DNA of 63,979 nt, counting the filler, from Octopus bimaculoides (Eukaryota), in the NCBI RefSeq assembly GCF_001194135.2. It is 6 parts of 5 records of this genome, joined end to end, with 100 filler letters (N's around TTAATTAATTAA, not from the genome) between each part and the next. Parts side by side here need not be neighbours in the genome. Positions count along the whole stretch, not along the records: positions 53,197 to 56,829 come from NC_068989.1; positions 56,930 to 59,212 come from NC_068999.1; positions 59,313 to 62,798 come from NW_026413703.1; positions 62,899 to 63,979 come from NW_026336869.1; 2 more parts are not named here. One strand, given 5' to 3'. The notes beneath the pieces are model-generated. The model did not search any database. It saw only the letters and a list, made by a program, of their open reading frames with translations, and was not told the DNA's origin. The position numbers and the translations under genes are program-made. Positions 53,097 to 63,979 of the stretch are shown one piece after another (position 1 is the stretch's first letter; each line of letters opens with the position of its first letter).

Positions 53097-53196
53097 NNNN
53101 NNNNNNNNNNNNNNNNNNNNNNNNNNNNNNNNNNNNNNNNTTAATTAATTAANNNNNNNNNNNNNNNNNNNNNNNNNNNNNNNNNNNNNNNNNNNN
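53097..53196. other. Artificial scaffold linker
   Basis: 44 N + TTAATTAATTAA (53141-53152) + 44 N. Confidence 0.95.
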
Positions 53197-53217
53197 ATAT
53201 ATATATATATATATATA

Positions 53218-54490
53218 CAGGGGGTGATGGGTAAATTGTCACCATTTTATGTTTTTAATTTTGCGCTTGCACAATATTTGTTTCTGATTTTGTTGACTAC
53301 ACAGTATAGTAGGGTCAGTTGGGTACTGCCTGTAAGAAAAACAGCACCATCACACACTTCACTCTACCAGAGATTTGGAAATGGCATGCTGTACTGTTTG
53401 GCATTCACACTTGAGGCTCCAATACCAACATTTCAGAATGTTTGGGTGTCAACATGAGGACAGTGCAGAGGATTCGGAAAAAGTTGGATGAGTCTAATGG
53501 TGATTATGAAGGTACAGCAGCTCGGAAAACTCACTCTGATCGTTCTGATAAGAAAAGAACTCCTGAATTTCTTGGTGATATCCAGGCCATGATTGACAAT
53601 GATCCTTCCAAGTCAATCAGGTCCATTTCCAGGGATATGGAAGTGTCTGAGTTTCTTACAGGCAGGTAGTGCATGAAGACATCCTCATACAAGATAAGAA
53701 AGGGCCAATTTTTATCCCAAGCCATCAAGGACAAGAGGAAAGACCGTGCTATGAAACTTTTGAACAAACTCAAGCAAACCCTCCAATTGAACTTGCTTTG
53801 GTTTTTCTCAGATGAGAAAACTTTCTGCCAGGTTCAGATTCTGGACACACAGAAGAATCGTTGGCTTACCATGTCCCCAAAACATGTACTGAAAGTGATA
53901 AAAATCAAACATTCAGACAACATCATGGTGTTTGGAGTGATCACTAGTGATGGCGACGTTATACCTCCATTCGTCTTCCCACATAGCCTCAGACTTAACA
54001 CGGAGGCCTACATCAAAGAGCTGGAGGAGGTAGTGCTGCCCTGAGTCAAGAGGATGGCTGCTGGAACACCCTCTGTCTGGAAACAGGACTCTGCACCATG
54101 CCACACGGGCAGGAGAACCCAGTCATAGCTGTCAGACAATTTTTACGACCACATCACCCCTAACATCCGGTCAGCTAACTCTCCAGACTGCAACCTCCTT
54201 GATTATTGTGTGGAGCACAGTTGAGTGAGAGACCAACAAAACTCCTTCAAGGATTATGACAGCATCCACCAGTTTAAACAAGGAGACCGCCCAGAAGAGT
54301 TGCAGGAGATTCCGAAGTCATCTGGAGACTGTGGTTGAAGCCAATGGCGATTTTATTGAATAAATTTACTCTTTAGTATTTCAAGATACTTTTTATGCAT
54401 TTTTGGTAAACATATCTGTTAAAACGAGATGTCAGTGTTATTTTAATTTCGCATAATTTAGATGACAATTTATTCCTATCACCCCACTAT
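53218..54490 (+). mobile_element. Near full-length DD37D (maT) transposon, pseudogenised transposase
   Basis: Imperfect TIRs (CAGGGGGTGATGGGTAAATTGTCA / TGACAATTTATTCCTATCACCCC); FSDEK ... QDSAPCH-(37 aa)-PDCNLLDY; frameshift near 53670 and several stops. Confidence 0.9.
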
Positions 54491-54862
54491 AGTTTTCAAG
54501 AACCTAGTGAAAGGTGTAAGCAAGAGGATCTCGAATCTATTCTCGAGCCAAGATATCTTTGACACCGCTGTCCCTACTCCAATGAGACACTGGCATCGAG
54601 TAGGTTTAAGGACTGCATCTCCTACATGCCTGGCCCTAGCACACAGAAAAAGAAGTGCCACAGAAGTCTTGTTTGGTTTGCTGCTCCACCCTTCTCGCTC
54701 AACATCAAGACTTCTGTGGGAAAGATTTTCCTTAGATTGATAGACAAACATTTCACACACACATATAGATACGGGCATTTATTTAAGAGGCACAACCTAA
54801 GAGTCTCCTTTAGTTGTGCACCTAACATAAAAAAAAACATTTTAACAAGTACCCACAATGCA
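54483..54862 (+). mobile_element. Penelope-like retroelement fragment (RT C-terminus and linker)
   Basis: HPTIVFKNLVKGVSKRISNL ... LVWFAAPPFSLNIKTSVGKIFLRLIDKHF ... RVSFSCAPNIKK...THN. Confidence 0.75.
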
Positions 54863-55400
54863 AGGGAGGAGGCAGGTTGGTCCTTCAAGGTATATAATAA
54901 CTGCCTAGTTGGTCCTGCGAAATGGCAGTCAAGTCGATTGTAGCAGGAGATGAAAGAGAACAGACAGGAAGACGAGAAAGAGCGTCAGCAGGAATGTTTT
55001 CTTTCCCAGGTATATGACGATTGTCACTGGTAAATTGAGAAATAAAATCCAAGTGACAGATAGCATGAGGCGAGAGGCGAGAATCTGTCCATCTTAGACG
55101 ATAGGACTTATGATCAGTATAGATCACAAAATCTCGACCTTCGAGCTGATGCTGGAAATGATGAACCAACAGATAGATTGCTAAGAGCTCACGATCAAAG
55201 GTGCTGTATCGCCGCTCAGCTGGTTGTAATTGGCGAGAAAAGAAAGTCAGAGGTTGAGTTCAGTCATCCACTGTGTACTGCTACACAGCGCCAATTGCAG
55301 TGTCCGATGATAAAATACCAGTTCGTAGTCAAAGTACACAGTGGTTGAGGTGCTGTAACATTTCGGCTTCAGAAGGTCAGAAGCTGAAAGACTGACAAAC
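54863..55400 (-). mobile_element. Ty3/Gypsy pol fragment (RNase H region), decayed
   Basis: SDTAIGAV ... FSRQLQPAERRYSTFDRELLAIY ... LEGRDFVIYTDHK ... HIPGKENIPADALSRL. Confidence 0.85.
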
Positions 55401-56315
55401 TGTGACGGTGAGAAACTAGCTATTTATAACATACTGTCGGCTCAAACTGGGGTTCAGAAAAGACTGTCTCACGTGACCTTATCTGAAGGCTGTGATTGGT
55501 TGGGCTGCATCTTGGCGTGTAATAGAACAAGAGACAAACTGCGCCAATACCGACCAATCAGAGTAATGGACACAACAGGGTCCAAAAGTGCGGCCGAAGG
55601 CTAGCTGTTATCCACTACGTCCGTATCAATGTATATATAACAGAGAGAGAGAGAGAAGTATCCCTTAAGGAGTACGCTACAGATAACCCCCCCACCAGTC
55701 ATTTTGTGGAAGACAAAATAGACGATAAAGGATGACACATCTGTAGCGAAAAGGAGAAAGAGTGGTTGGTCATAAAGCTGGCAATGGGTCACCATTTTGT
55801 AAACGTCCTTGCGTGATAGTTAGACACAGAAATACGAATGCATTTTCACAGACTCACAAAGGCGCTCACCATCAGAATTCCAGCTCCACAGGGATGGTCG
55901 CAGTTGCATCCTGTCTTGTCAACAACCGGGGCTGAAAAGGGTGAATGGCGGTGAAGCCTAGCTGCTGCTGATGATTGCGCATGCNNNNNNNNNNNNNNNN
56001 NNNNNNNNNNNNNNNNNNNNNNNNNNNNNNNNNNNNNNNNNNNNNNNNNNNNNNNNNNNNNNNNNNNNNNNNNNNNNNNNNNNNATTAAATTAAGTTTCA
56101 CAGAGTAAAATATATATAAATATATAGTTTTAGGTAAAAGAAAATCCACTGTCACATATAGAAAAATTAATAATTAAAAGCACAATAAACGAGTATAATA
56201 TAATACAAAGTAAATATCATAAGATAATGATAATAATAATATAAGGTCGACAAGTATGAAATTTGTAGAAAAGAAAGAGTTTCCTAATCCATATATATAT
56301 AAAATTGAGAATGTA

Positions 56316-56420
<105 letters not shown>

Positions 56421-56829
56421 ATCCCTAAAACTCCAGAACTACACAACCAATTTCATTCAAATTTTACACATGCCTTACTCAGGGTCCCGGTTGTGTTTTA
56501 GTAAAAACAAATTAACTTCTTGCATACTTCCAGCCCACAGCAACATCATATCTCCTCCACTATTTAAGTATTACGTGTCAATAGTGAAACAAAAACACTC
56601 ATGTCATTCGAACCGGAATCTCAAAAACATTGTTATTATTAAATTTATGCATTTCTAATCAATTTGGAGATATTTGCTATCGAGTTGCAGATTTTTAACA
56701 ATGCATTTAATGATTATTTGCTTTATTTCTCGGGCAAAATTTACAACTTAGAATAAAAGAATAAAATTATTATTTCATTCAAAAATTGATGAGCTTTGTT
56801 TTTAGTGATGACTTGAAATGGTAAATATT

Positions 56830-56929
56830 NNNNNNNNNNNNNNNNNNNNNNNNNNNNNNNNNNNNNNNNNNNNTTAATTAATTAANNNNNNNNNNNNNNN
56901 NNNNNNNNNNNNNNNNNNNNNNNNNNNNN
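56830..56929. other. Artificial scaffold linker
   Basis: 44 N + TTAATTAATTAA (56874-56885) + 44 N. Confidence 0.95.
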
Positions 56930-57257
56930 ATGTATGTATGTATGCATGTATGTATGTCCGTACGTATGTATGTGTGTATGCATGTGTGTATGTATGTATG
57001 TATGCATGTATGTATATGTATATGCGTGTATGTGTATGTATATGCATGCATGTATGTGTGGGTGTATGTCTTTAACAGTGGTGCTATGATGTTCATACTT
57101 TTCAGGAACGCATTGGCGGCTTAATTGTTCAAGAACTAACAAACGACAATCGAGACCAAATCGCTTCCCACCTTTCTCCTTCCCTACTTCTCCCTCACTC
57201 ACCTGTCTCTCTTTCCTTTCCACTCTCTCTCTGTCTCTCTCTCCCTCTGTCTGTCTG

Positions 57258-57296
<39 letters not shown>

Positions 57297-57389
57297 TTCT
57301 TCCTGACTTTGTCTCTTGTCTATCGTTAATGTGAATAGTAATGTAATGATGCATGGAAAAAAATTTATTTCTGTTAAAATTAACTATGA

Positions 57390-57552
57390 TAATGAAGATG
57401 ATGATGATGATGGAAATGAGGAGAAGGAACAAACAGGTGGAGGGAGGGGGGAGGTGAAGGAGAATAATGAGCAGGAGGAGGAGGAGGAGAAGGAGGAGTC
57501 GCAGCAGCAGAAGAAGAAGAAGAAGAAGAAGAAGAAGAAGAAGAAGAAGAAG

Positions 57553-57593
<41 letters not shown>

Positions 57594-57830
57594 AAGGAGA
57601 AGGCGGCGGCGGCGGAGGAGGAGGAGGAAGAGGAGGAGGAGAAGGAAGAGAAGAAGAAGAAGAAGCAGAAGAAGAAGAAGAAGAAGAAGAAGAAGAAGCA
57701 TGCTCGTGATAATCATCGTCAGGAACATCATCTTCATTATCGTTTCTTCTTCATTATCGTCGTCATCATCGTCATCATCGTCATCGTCGTCCCCGTCATC
57801 ATCATCATCATCCTCCTCATAAATATCATC
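57390..57830. repeat. (GAT),(GAG),(AAG),(AAC),(TCA)n microsatellite series
   Basis: Direct reading. Confidence 0.95.
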
Positions 57831-58031
57831 CTCGTGGTACTTTCACTATCATTACCACTGCAATCCGTAAATCTTGAAGCCACGATCATCAGCCTTCCCA
57901 TCAACCTCCATATTACCATGGTTACCAGAACCACCATGATCATTATCATTTAAAATTACCAGTACTTAATCAACCAGCTTCTATCAAGGTAATCAGTTAT
58001 TTCGGTTCCTGCGCAACTCTGGACCAGAGAC

Positions 58032-58066
<35 letters not shown>

Positions 58067-58499
58067 NNNNNNNNNNNNNNNNNNNNNNNNNNNNNNNNNN
58101 NNNNNNNNNNNNNNNNNNNNNNNNNNNNNNNNNNNNNNNNNNNNNNNNNNNNNNNNNNNNNNNNNNNNNNNNNNNNNNNNNNNNNNNNNNNNNNNNNNNN
58201 NNNNNNNNNNNNNNNNNNNNNNNNNNNNNNNNNNNNNNNNNNNNNNNNNNNNNNNNNNNNNNNNNNNNNNNNNNNNNNNNNNNNNNNNNNNNNNNNNNNN
58301 NNNNNNNNNNNNNNNNNNNNNNNNNNNNNNNNNNNNNNNNNNNNNNNNNNNNNNNNNNNNNNNNNNNNNNNNNNNNNNNNNNNNNNNNNNNNNNNNNNNN
58401 NNNNNNNNNNNNNNNNNNNNNNNNNNNNNNNNNNNNNNNNNNNNNNNNNNNNNNNNNNNNNNNNNNNNNNNTATATATATATATATATTGTCTTTTCTC

Positions 58500-59050
58500 T
58501 TGGACACCCTTCGGGGACGTTAGTTGAAAGGTTTATTGCGTCAATAGTTTCGTTTTTGGTGTGGTTTCATCATTAGCATCTGCCATAGAATGAGAATCAG
58601 CATATCTATTGGTCTACGTTCCTTAATCAATATATATGTGTTTGAAGTTCTCAGTTCGTTGTTCTGTGTGTTGTTATTGTCATGTCATGTATCGATGGTT
58701 CAGTAGGGTTTTTTTGTTCTTTCCATAACGTTTTGTTCGTTAATTTCATTTTGTACTTAAGTTTTGGGGGTCACAATTTCCTTTGTGGAGGAATTTATTT
58801 GTGTTATAGATTCCCTTTCTTTTCTAAAACCTCTAGCTTTGTAGCTTTGTAGCTATATTTTGTGTATATTCGATGTTACTATTTGTAATAATAAGCAGGT
58901 ATTGGCGTAATGGACATATTACGTTGGTGGTTCGGTCCTGGTGCCATTCACAAGGTCGAGGAAGGCGGAGAGCACGTGATCTAGCAGTCCCAACGGCAAT
59001 AGTGGATGATTATCTCCCGCTAGCGATATAATCACGTGTGCTTATATGCA
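58500..59050 (-). mobile_element. Highly decayed Penelope-like element with a relic hammerhead-type end
   Basis: Minus-strand AFLDLV...TRTEPPT*YVHY resembles a PLE RT C-terminus; TGATGA...CGAAAC-TATT-GAC-GCAATAAA at 58536-58580. Confidence 0.35.
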
Positions 59051-59181
59051 CCACAAGTGTATATGAGAGGTTCTCTTATAGTAAATAACGCTGTATTGTT
59101 TTTTCTAACAGAGCATCCACTTTTAAGTGGAGATAAATATTACTATTTGGTATTAATACTGCTTCTGTTGCTGATACTTAC

Positions 59182-59212
<31 letters not shown>

Positions 59213-59312
59213 NNNNNNNNNNNNNNNNNNNNNNNNNNNNNNNNNNNNNNNNNNNNTTAATTAATTAANNNNNNNNNNNNNNNNNNNNNNNNNNNNNNNN
59301 NNNNNNNNNNNN
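59213..59312. other. Artificial scaffold linker
   Basis: 44 N + TTAATTAATTAA (59257-59268) + 44 N. Confidence 0.95.
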
Positions 59313-60267
59313 CAAAATGTAATTTCACGGAGAATGAAAACAAAAAGTTATTTGTAGGTCACTCAGTCTTTTGTTGTACAAATATGTAATAATCTGACCC
59401 AATACCTGTTCTTTGCCGGACTTATTGTTTGATATATTATACGTAAACTTAAATCATATTTATGTGTGCGTGTGTATTGTATATGTATGNNNNNNNNNNG
59501 TATGTATGTATGTACGTATGTATATACATATATATAAATGTGTGCATGTACATATGCAAACATTTTTTTTCTATATAAATTCAAAAGGAACACACCTGTT
59601 AAAACCTCCANNNNNNNNNNATTTTTTTTCTATATAAATTCAAAAGGAACACACCTGTTAAAACCTCCATTTATATAACTGTGTTAAGTCAAGTGCATTG
59701 ACAAGAATTTCAAGGCTATATTTCAGTACTTACAAATATGTCCCACACCCATTTAGCCACTGAAACTGGCATTTGCTTGAGATTTTCAATTCACTGAGTC
59801 NNNNNNNNNNNNNNNNNNNNNNNNNNNNNNNNNNNNNNNNNNNNNNNNNNNNNNNNNNNNNNNNNNNNNNNNNNNNNNNNNNNNNNNNNNNNNNNNNNNN
59901 NNNNNNNNNNNNNNNNNNNNNNNNNNNNNNNNNNNNNNNNNNNNNNNNNNNNNNNNNNNNNNNNNNNNNNNNNNNNNNNNNNNNNNNNNNNNNNNNNNNN
60001 NNNNNNNNNNNNNNNNNNNNNNNNNNNNNNNNNNNNNNNNNNNNNNNNNNNNNNNNNNNNNNNNNNNNNNNNNNNNNNNNNNNNNNNNNNNNNNNNNNNN
60101 NNNNNNNNNNNNNNNNNNNNNNNNNNNNNNNNNNNNNNNNNNNNNNNNNNNNNNNNNNNNNNNNNNNNNNNNNNNNNNNNNNNNNNNNNNNNNNNNNNNN
60201 NNNNNNNNNNNNNNNNNNNNNNNNNNNNNNNNNNNNNNNNNNNNNNNNNNNNNNNNNNNNNNNNNNA

Positions 60268-60400
60268 GATAGCATCAGTTGTATTTCTTCCTACCACAAT
60301 ACCAAACGTGACGCCTGCATTCATTTTCCGTTTCTAAGCAAATATGATGTAATTCTTTTTGTAACCTTCAAAAACATGCTCCAACAGTTTAATGTCTCTA
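60268..60400 (-). mobile_element. RTE-clade LINE RT fragment
   Basis: RDIKLLEHVF ... FGIVVGRNTTDAI matches the RGIKLLEH...FGFMPGRSTTDAI pattern of RTE RTs. Confidence 0.65.
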
Positions 60401-61264
60401 GCATTCTTTCTATAATACACCACGTTTGTTTTTTATCGCAGAATTAGAAGAGAGTGAGAGAAAAAGGAAACATATTCTGTGTAACCCAACGCGTGCCTTC
60501 CTTTTTTTCTTTCTCTCTCTCTCTCCCTCTTACTTCTATTTTTACCCTGTCTGATTTCCCCTTTTTCTCTCTCCCATTCTCTCACTTGTAGTTTCTCTTC
60601 TCTCACTTTCCCCCTTCGTTTCCTCCCTTATTTTGCTCTATCTATCCACTATCGTTCTCTCCCTTTCTTCTCTACATACTGCTTACACGTGACGCGTTGC
60701 CACCTTTCCANNNNNNNNNNCCTTTCTTCTCTACATACTGCTTACACGTGACGCGTTGCCACCTTTCCATCATTCTGTCTCACAATGCTCGCCCAGTTAT
60801 TCGGTCGCAAAAAATTTCTCTGTCTTACTATTTACTGTTGTTTATATCCTTCAGGATTTCTTCTAAGCGTTACCCACCATTCTTGTCTTTTGATCCTAAG
60901 GCCCATATTTTGCTAGTTTCGTCTTTGTCCATGGTCTTAAAATAGATACTCTTTTACTTTTATATGTCCACTTTGCCTTGCTTTGCTTGCTTGAGGACCG
61001 ACATTTTCTGCATCTTTCGCAGGCACCCCTAATATCGGAAGTCCTCAATTTTATTATTAATGATGCGAAACTGAGGATTACAATTGATAACTGATGAAAA
61101 GTAAGGGCCCCTTTGCACTTTTTAAGTATACGTTTTTCATCTGTTGTATATTCTCAGTGCATTTTCCTTTATTATATGTGTATCGTCCACAAATATACAC
61201 CCGAAAAGTGAAACACTCTAAGTTACAGAGCAGTATATATTAAATGTAGATGAGACCATCTTAA

Positions 61265-61324
61265 GGGATTACGTTAGGTTTCAAATCAATAAAAGGTTGG
61301 CTTTATGGTGTATCATCAGATCCC
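61265..61324 (-). ncRNA. Type I hammerhead ribozyme motif in a Penelope pseudo-LTR
   Basis: GGGAT-CTGATGA-[30 nt]-GAAAC-CTAAC-GTA-ATCCC; all core bases intact, stem I a perfect 5 bp, base of stem II mismatched. Confidence 0.65.
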
Positions 61325-61471
61325 AAAAGCTAAAGGCCTCTCAAGAATATGGAGGAGGAAATGAAATCGTTAATCAATGTCAACAAAGGGTATTGTCTCC
61401 TCTTGGCTATCGATCATCGATGTCAACTTAGGGCGTGGTGTCTCTTTGGCTATCGATCACTGGTCGCCCTG

Positions 61472-61680
61472 CTATCTCGTGGATTCCAATCGATCGGTTA
61501 GCAGGTATTTCCCGAAATGCAAGCATGCTTCAAGGACCTCCGATCCTGAGTTCAGAATATTTCTTGGTTTGAATAAGTCCTTTAGGATCCTCGCCCGTTC
61601 CGCTATGTATTTACAGCGGTTGGTTCCGTTAATGCAATGTCTTGGATTCTCTAGGATTCTCCATGATATTGTGTATGGGA
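61472..61680 (-). mobile_element. Penelope-like GIY-YIG endonuclease C-terminus
   Basis: YTISWRIL...NGTNRCKYIAERARIL...ILNSGSEVLEACLHFGKYLL follows the W.IL...RC.LC..EK..I...LN.RSE...CRH..K.L pattern of PLE endonucleases. Confidence 0.7.
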
Positions 61681-62798
61681 ACATATGCGTATGTGAGTGT
61701 GTGCATATATTGTATATACACATTGTGTGTTCATCATTTAAAAAGCAGTATACCCTTACATACTGCTTTCAAAGTGATAAACGCACCACCACCACCNNNN
61801 NNNNNNNNNNNNNNNNNNNNNNNNNNNNNNNNNNNNNNNNNNNNNNNNNNNNNNNNNNNNNNNNNNNNNNNNNNNNNNNNNNNNNNNNNNNNNNNNNNNN
61901 NNNNNNNNNNNNNNNNNNNNNNNNNNNNNNNNNNNNNNNNNNNNNNNNNNNNNNNNNNNNNNNNNNNNNNNNNNNNNNNNNNNNNNNNNNNNNNNNNNNN
62001 NNNNNNNNNNNNNNNNNNNNNNNNNNNNNNNNNNNNNNNNNNNNNNNNNNNNNNNNNNNNNNNNNNNNNNNNNNNNNNNNNNNNNNNNNNNNNNNNNNNN
62101 NNNNNNNNNNNNNNNNNNNNNNNNNNNNNNNNNNNNNNNNNNNNNNNNNNNNNNNNNNNNNNNNNNNNNNNNNNNNNNNNNNNNNNNNNNNNNNNNNNNN
62201 NNNNNNNNNNNNNNNNNNNNNNNNNNNNNNNNNNNNNNNNNNNNNNNNNNNNNNNNNNNNNNNNNNNNNNNNNNNNNNNNNNNNNNNNNNNNNNNNNNNN
62301 NNNNNNNNNNNNNNNNNNNNNNNNNNNNNNNNNNNNNNTATATATATATATTTTCGTATAAAACCATACACATACATACAAACATACATACATGTATGTA
62401 TGTATGTATGTGCATAGTTTTATACGAATATATATATATATGCTGTCATCTATATGCATCACAAACATAACATTTTTGGGAGTTAATAATAACTTAATTA
62501 GATAATAACTTAATTAACAGTGGAAGAAACTGTTGATGGTGTTAGCGGAGTCGGGTAGAAGTTTGTCCAAAAATATGGACAACGTAAGCCAGTAAGATAC
62601 TAATGAATATCTTACATCGAATTTTAAGATAACAATTGAAAAGTTTAATTATAACAATTACAATGTTTGAATACGCACAAGGCACCTGAATACAGGCATG
62701 TATGAATACATTCATACCAGAACGTATGTATGTATATTTGTAATAATGTATGTATGTAGGTAGGTATCTATGAGTGTATTTATGTATGTATGTATGTA

Positions 62799-62898
62799 NN
62801 NNNNNNNNNNNNNNNNNNNNNNNNNNNNNNNNNNNNNNNNNNTTAATTAATTAANNNNNNNNNNNNNNNNNNNNNNNNNNNNNNNNNNNNNNNNNNNN
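62799..62898. other. Artificial scaffold linker
   Basis: 44 N + TTAATTAATTAA (62843-62854) + 44 N. Confidence 0.95.
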
Positions 62899-63399
62899 TA
62901 TACATTCAAAGTTCACAAATTTCCTTATTTAAATTATGAATCGTATTCGTTTCGATAATATCAATACAATTATTACAAAACTTCTCTGTAGACGATATTT
63001 TCTGTTTGGTAGACACTAATTTTCAAATAATTAAGTGTCCGTTGCTCTACTCATGCCGACTTATAACTCGTCATGTGTAAACATCGGAGTGGGTAAAAAT
63101 ACACCTACACGACCTAAAGCCTGGTCGTGTGGCCTTGTTTGCTGTGAATGCACGAGCGGAATGTTAAAGGTTGCAAAGAATCATACTAAGACTTCACCTT
63201 ACATCTCACTGTCCTACGCGAATGTTTGAATGTCCCGGTACCATGGCTTATTTTGATTGAGAAAACTGAGATGTAAATAAAAACCGCTTCGATTAGCCGT
63301 TTCGAATCCTGCTCGAGACTGACACACTTCAGTAACCACTAGATAATCACAAACACACTCACTATTAACCGTCCTCATACCTACAATGTGGCCACGAAC

Positions 63400-63979
63400 T
63401 ATACGAGTTACTCGTCGTCGGTGAATTTTTAATAAAAGTGCGAAGGTGGTTTATCAATTCAAAAATCGATATCCACGAAATAATCATACTTTCTGATTTT
63501 TTTTAATGCTGAAAACCTTCCTGACAACCGTCTTTGTAATCCCGAAAAATATCGTAACCATTGGTCCAGCCGTCTAGCCATGAAGAGGAAACAGACAAAG
63601 AGACGTACAGACGGACAGACAGATGGACATAACGCCCATTATAGTAAGATAGTAGATCGGCCCATCTACGATGGGAAATAAAGGGATAGTATCACAAATC
63701 TAAACCCTCTAATGTTCACGAACTGTACGAGAGGGGAAATCCAGACTTAATCCTCGTCGACGGAACTTTAACAGAAAAAAAAATCAATGGTGATTTATTA
63801 ATTTAAAACAATATCACCGAAATAATCATACTTTTTCACATTTTTTTTCACAAAAAAAAACCCTTCCTGATTATCTCCTTAGTAGTCCCGAAAAACATTA
63901 TGACTATTGATCAAGCCGTTTGACCGTGAAAAGGGAACACACACACAGACAGACGGACGGCCGGACGGACGGGCAAACG
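63400..63979 (-). mobile_element. Two tandem copies of a Helitron-like non-autonomous repeat
   Basis: About 63400-63650 and 63745-end share CTCGTCG...CGAAATAATCATACTTT...CCTTCCTGA...CCCGAAAAA...CAGCCGT/AAGCCGT...(ACAG/ACGG)n; the first ends TTATAGTAAGAT (rc A|TCTTACTATAA). Confidence 0.45.

Noticed and set aside
59565-59668. Direct repeat around 10 N (also 60664-60770 and 51121-51222)
   Set aside because: Identical sequence on each side of a short placeholder gap; assembly artefact.

Overview
Repeat-saturated, gap-rich animal genomic DNA. The microsatellite load and tRNA-derived SINE families suggest an octopus draft assembly; this is inference, not a database check. The window is not one locus: five identical 100-bp linkers (44 N + TTAATTAATTAA + 44 N) join six unrelated scaffolds (1-23083, 23184-53096, 53197-56829, 56930-59212, 59313-62798, 62899-63979). 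I can support no intact host gene, and most listed ORFs are microsatellite or N-gap artefacts. Recognisable protein-coding sequence is all decayed transposon: a CR1-group LINE RT, three restriction-like-endonuclease (R4/Dong-type) LINE 3' ends, an RTE RT fragment, Penelope-like fragments, a Ty3/Gypsy RNase H and two DD37D (maT) mariner-family transposons. There are also many SINEs and several MITEs. The most interesting signal is non-coding: at least seven hammerhead-ribozyme (HHR)-like motifs of several architectures. These include a dispersed family (13.8, 21.6, 21.5 and 35.9 kb) whose catalytic core is split by an 83-97 nt stem II in the two best copies and whose stem III is a palindrome (ACAATTGT). 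Also notable are an apparent 1.9-kb inversion that splits a pogo-like MITE, a CR1 3' tail shared with the main SINE family, and tandem Dong-like ends at an (AAT)n tract. All structures were read by eye; nothing was folded or searched computationally.
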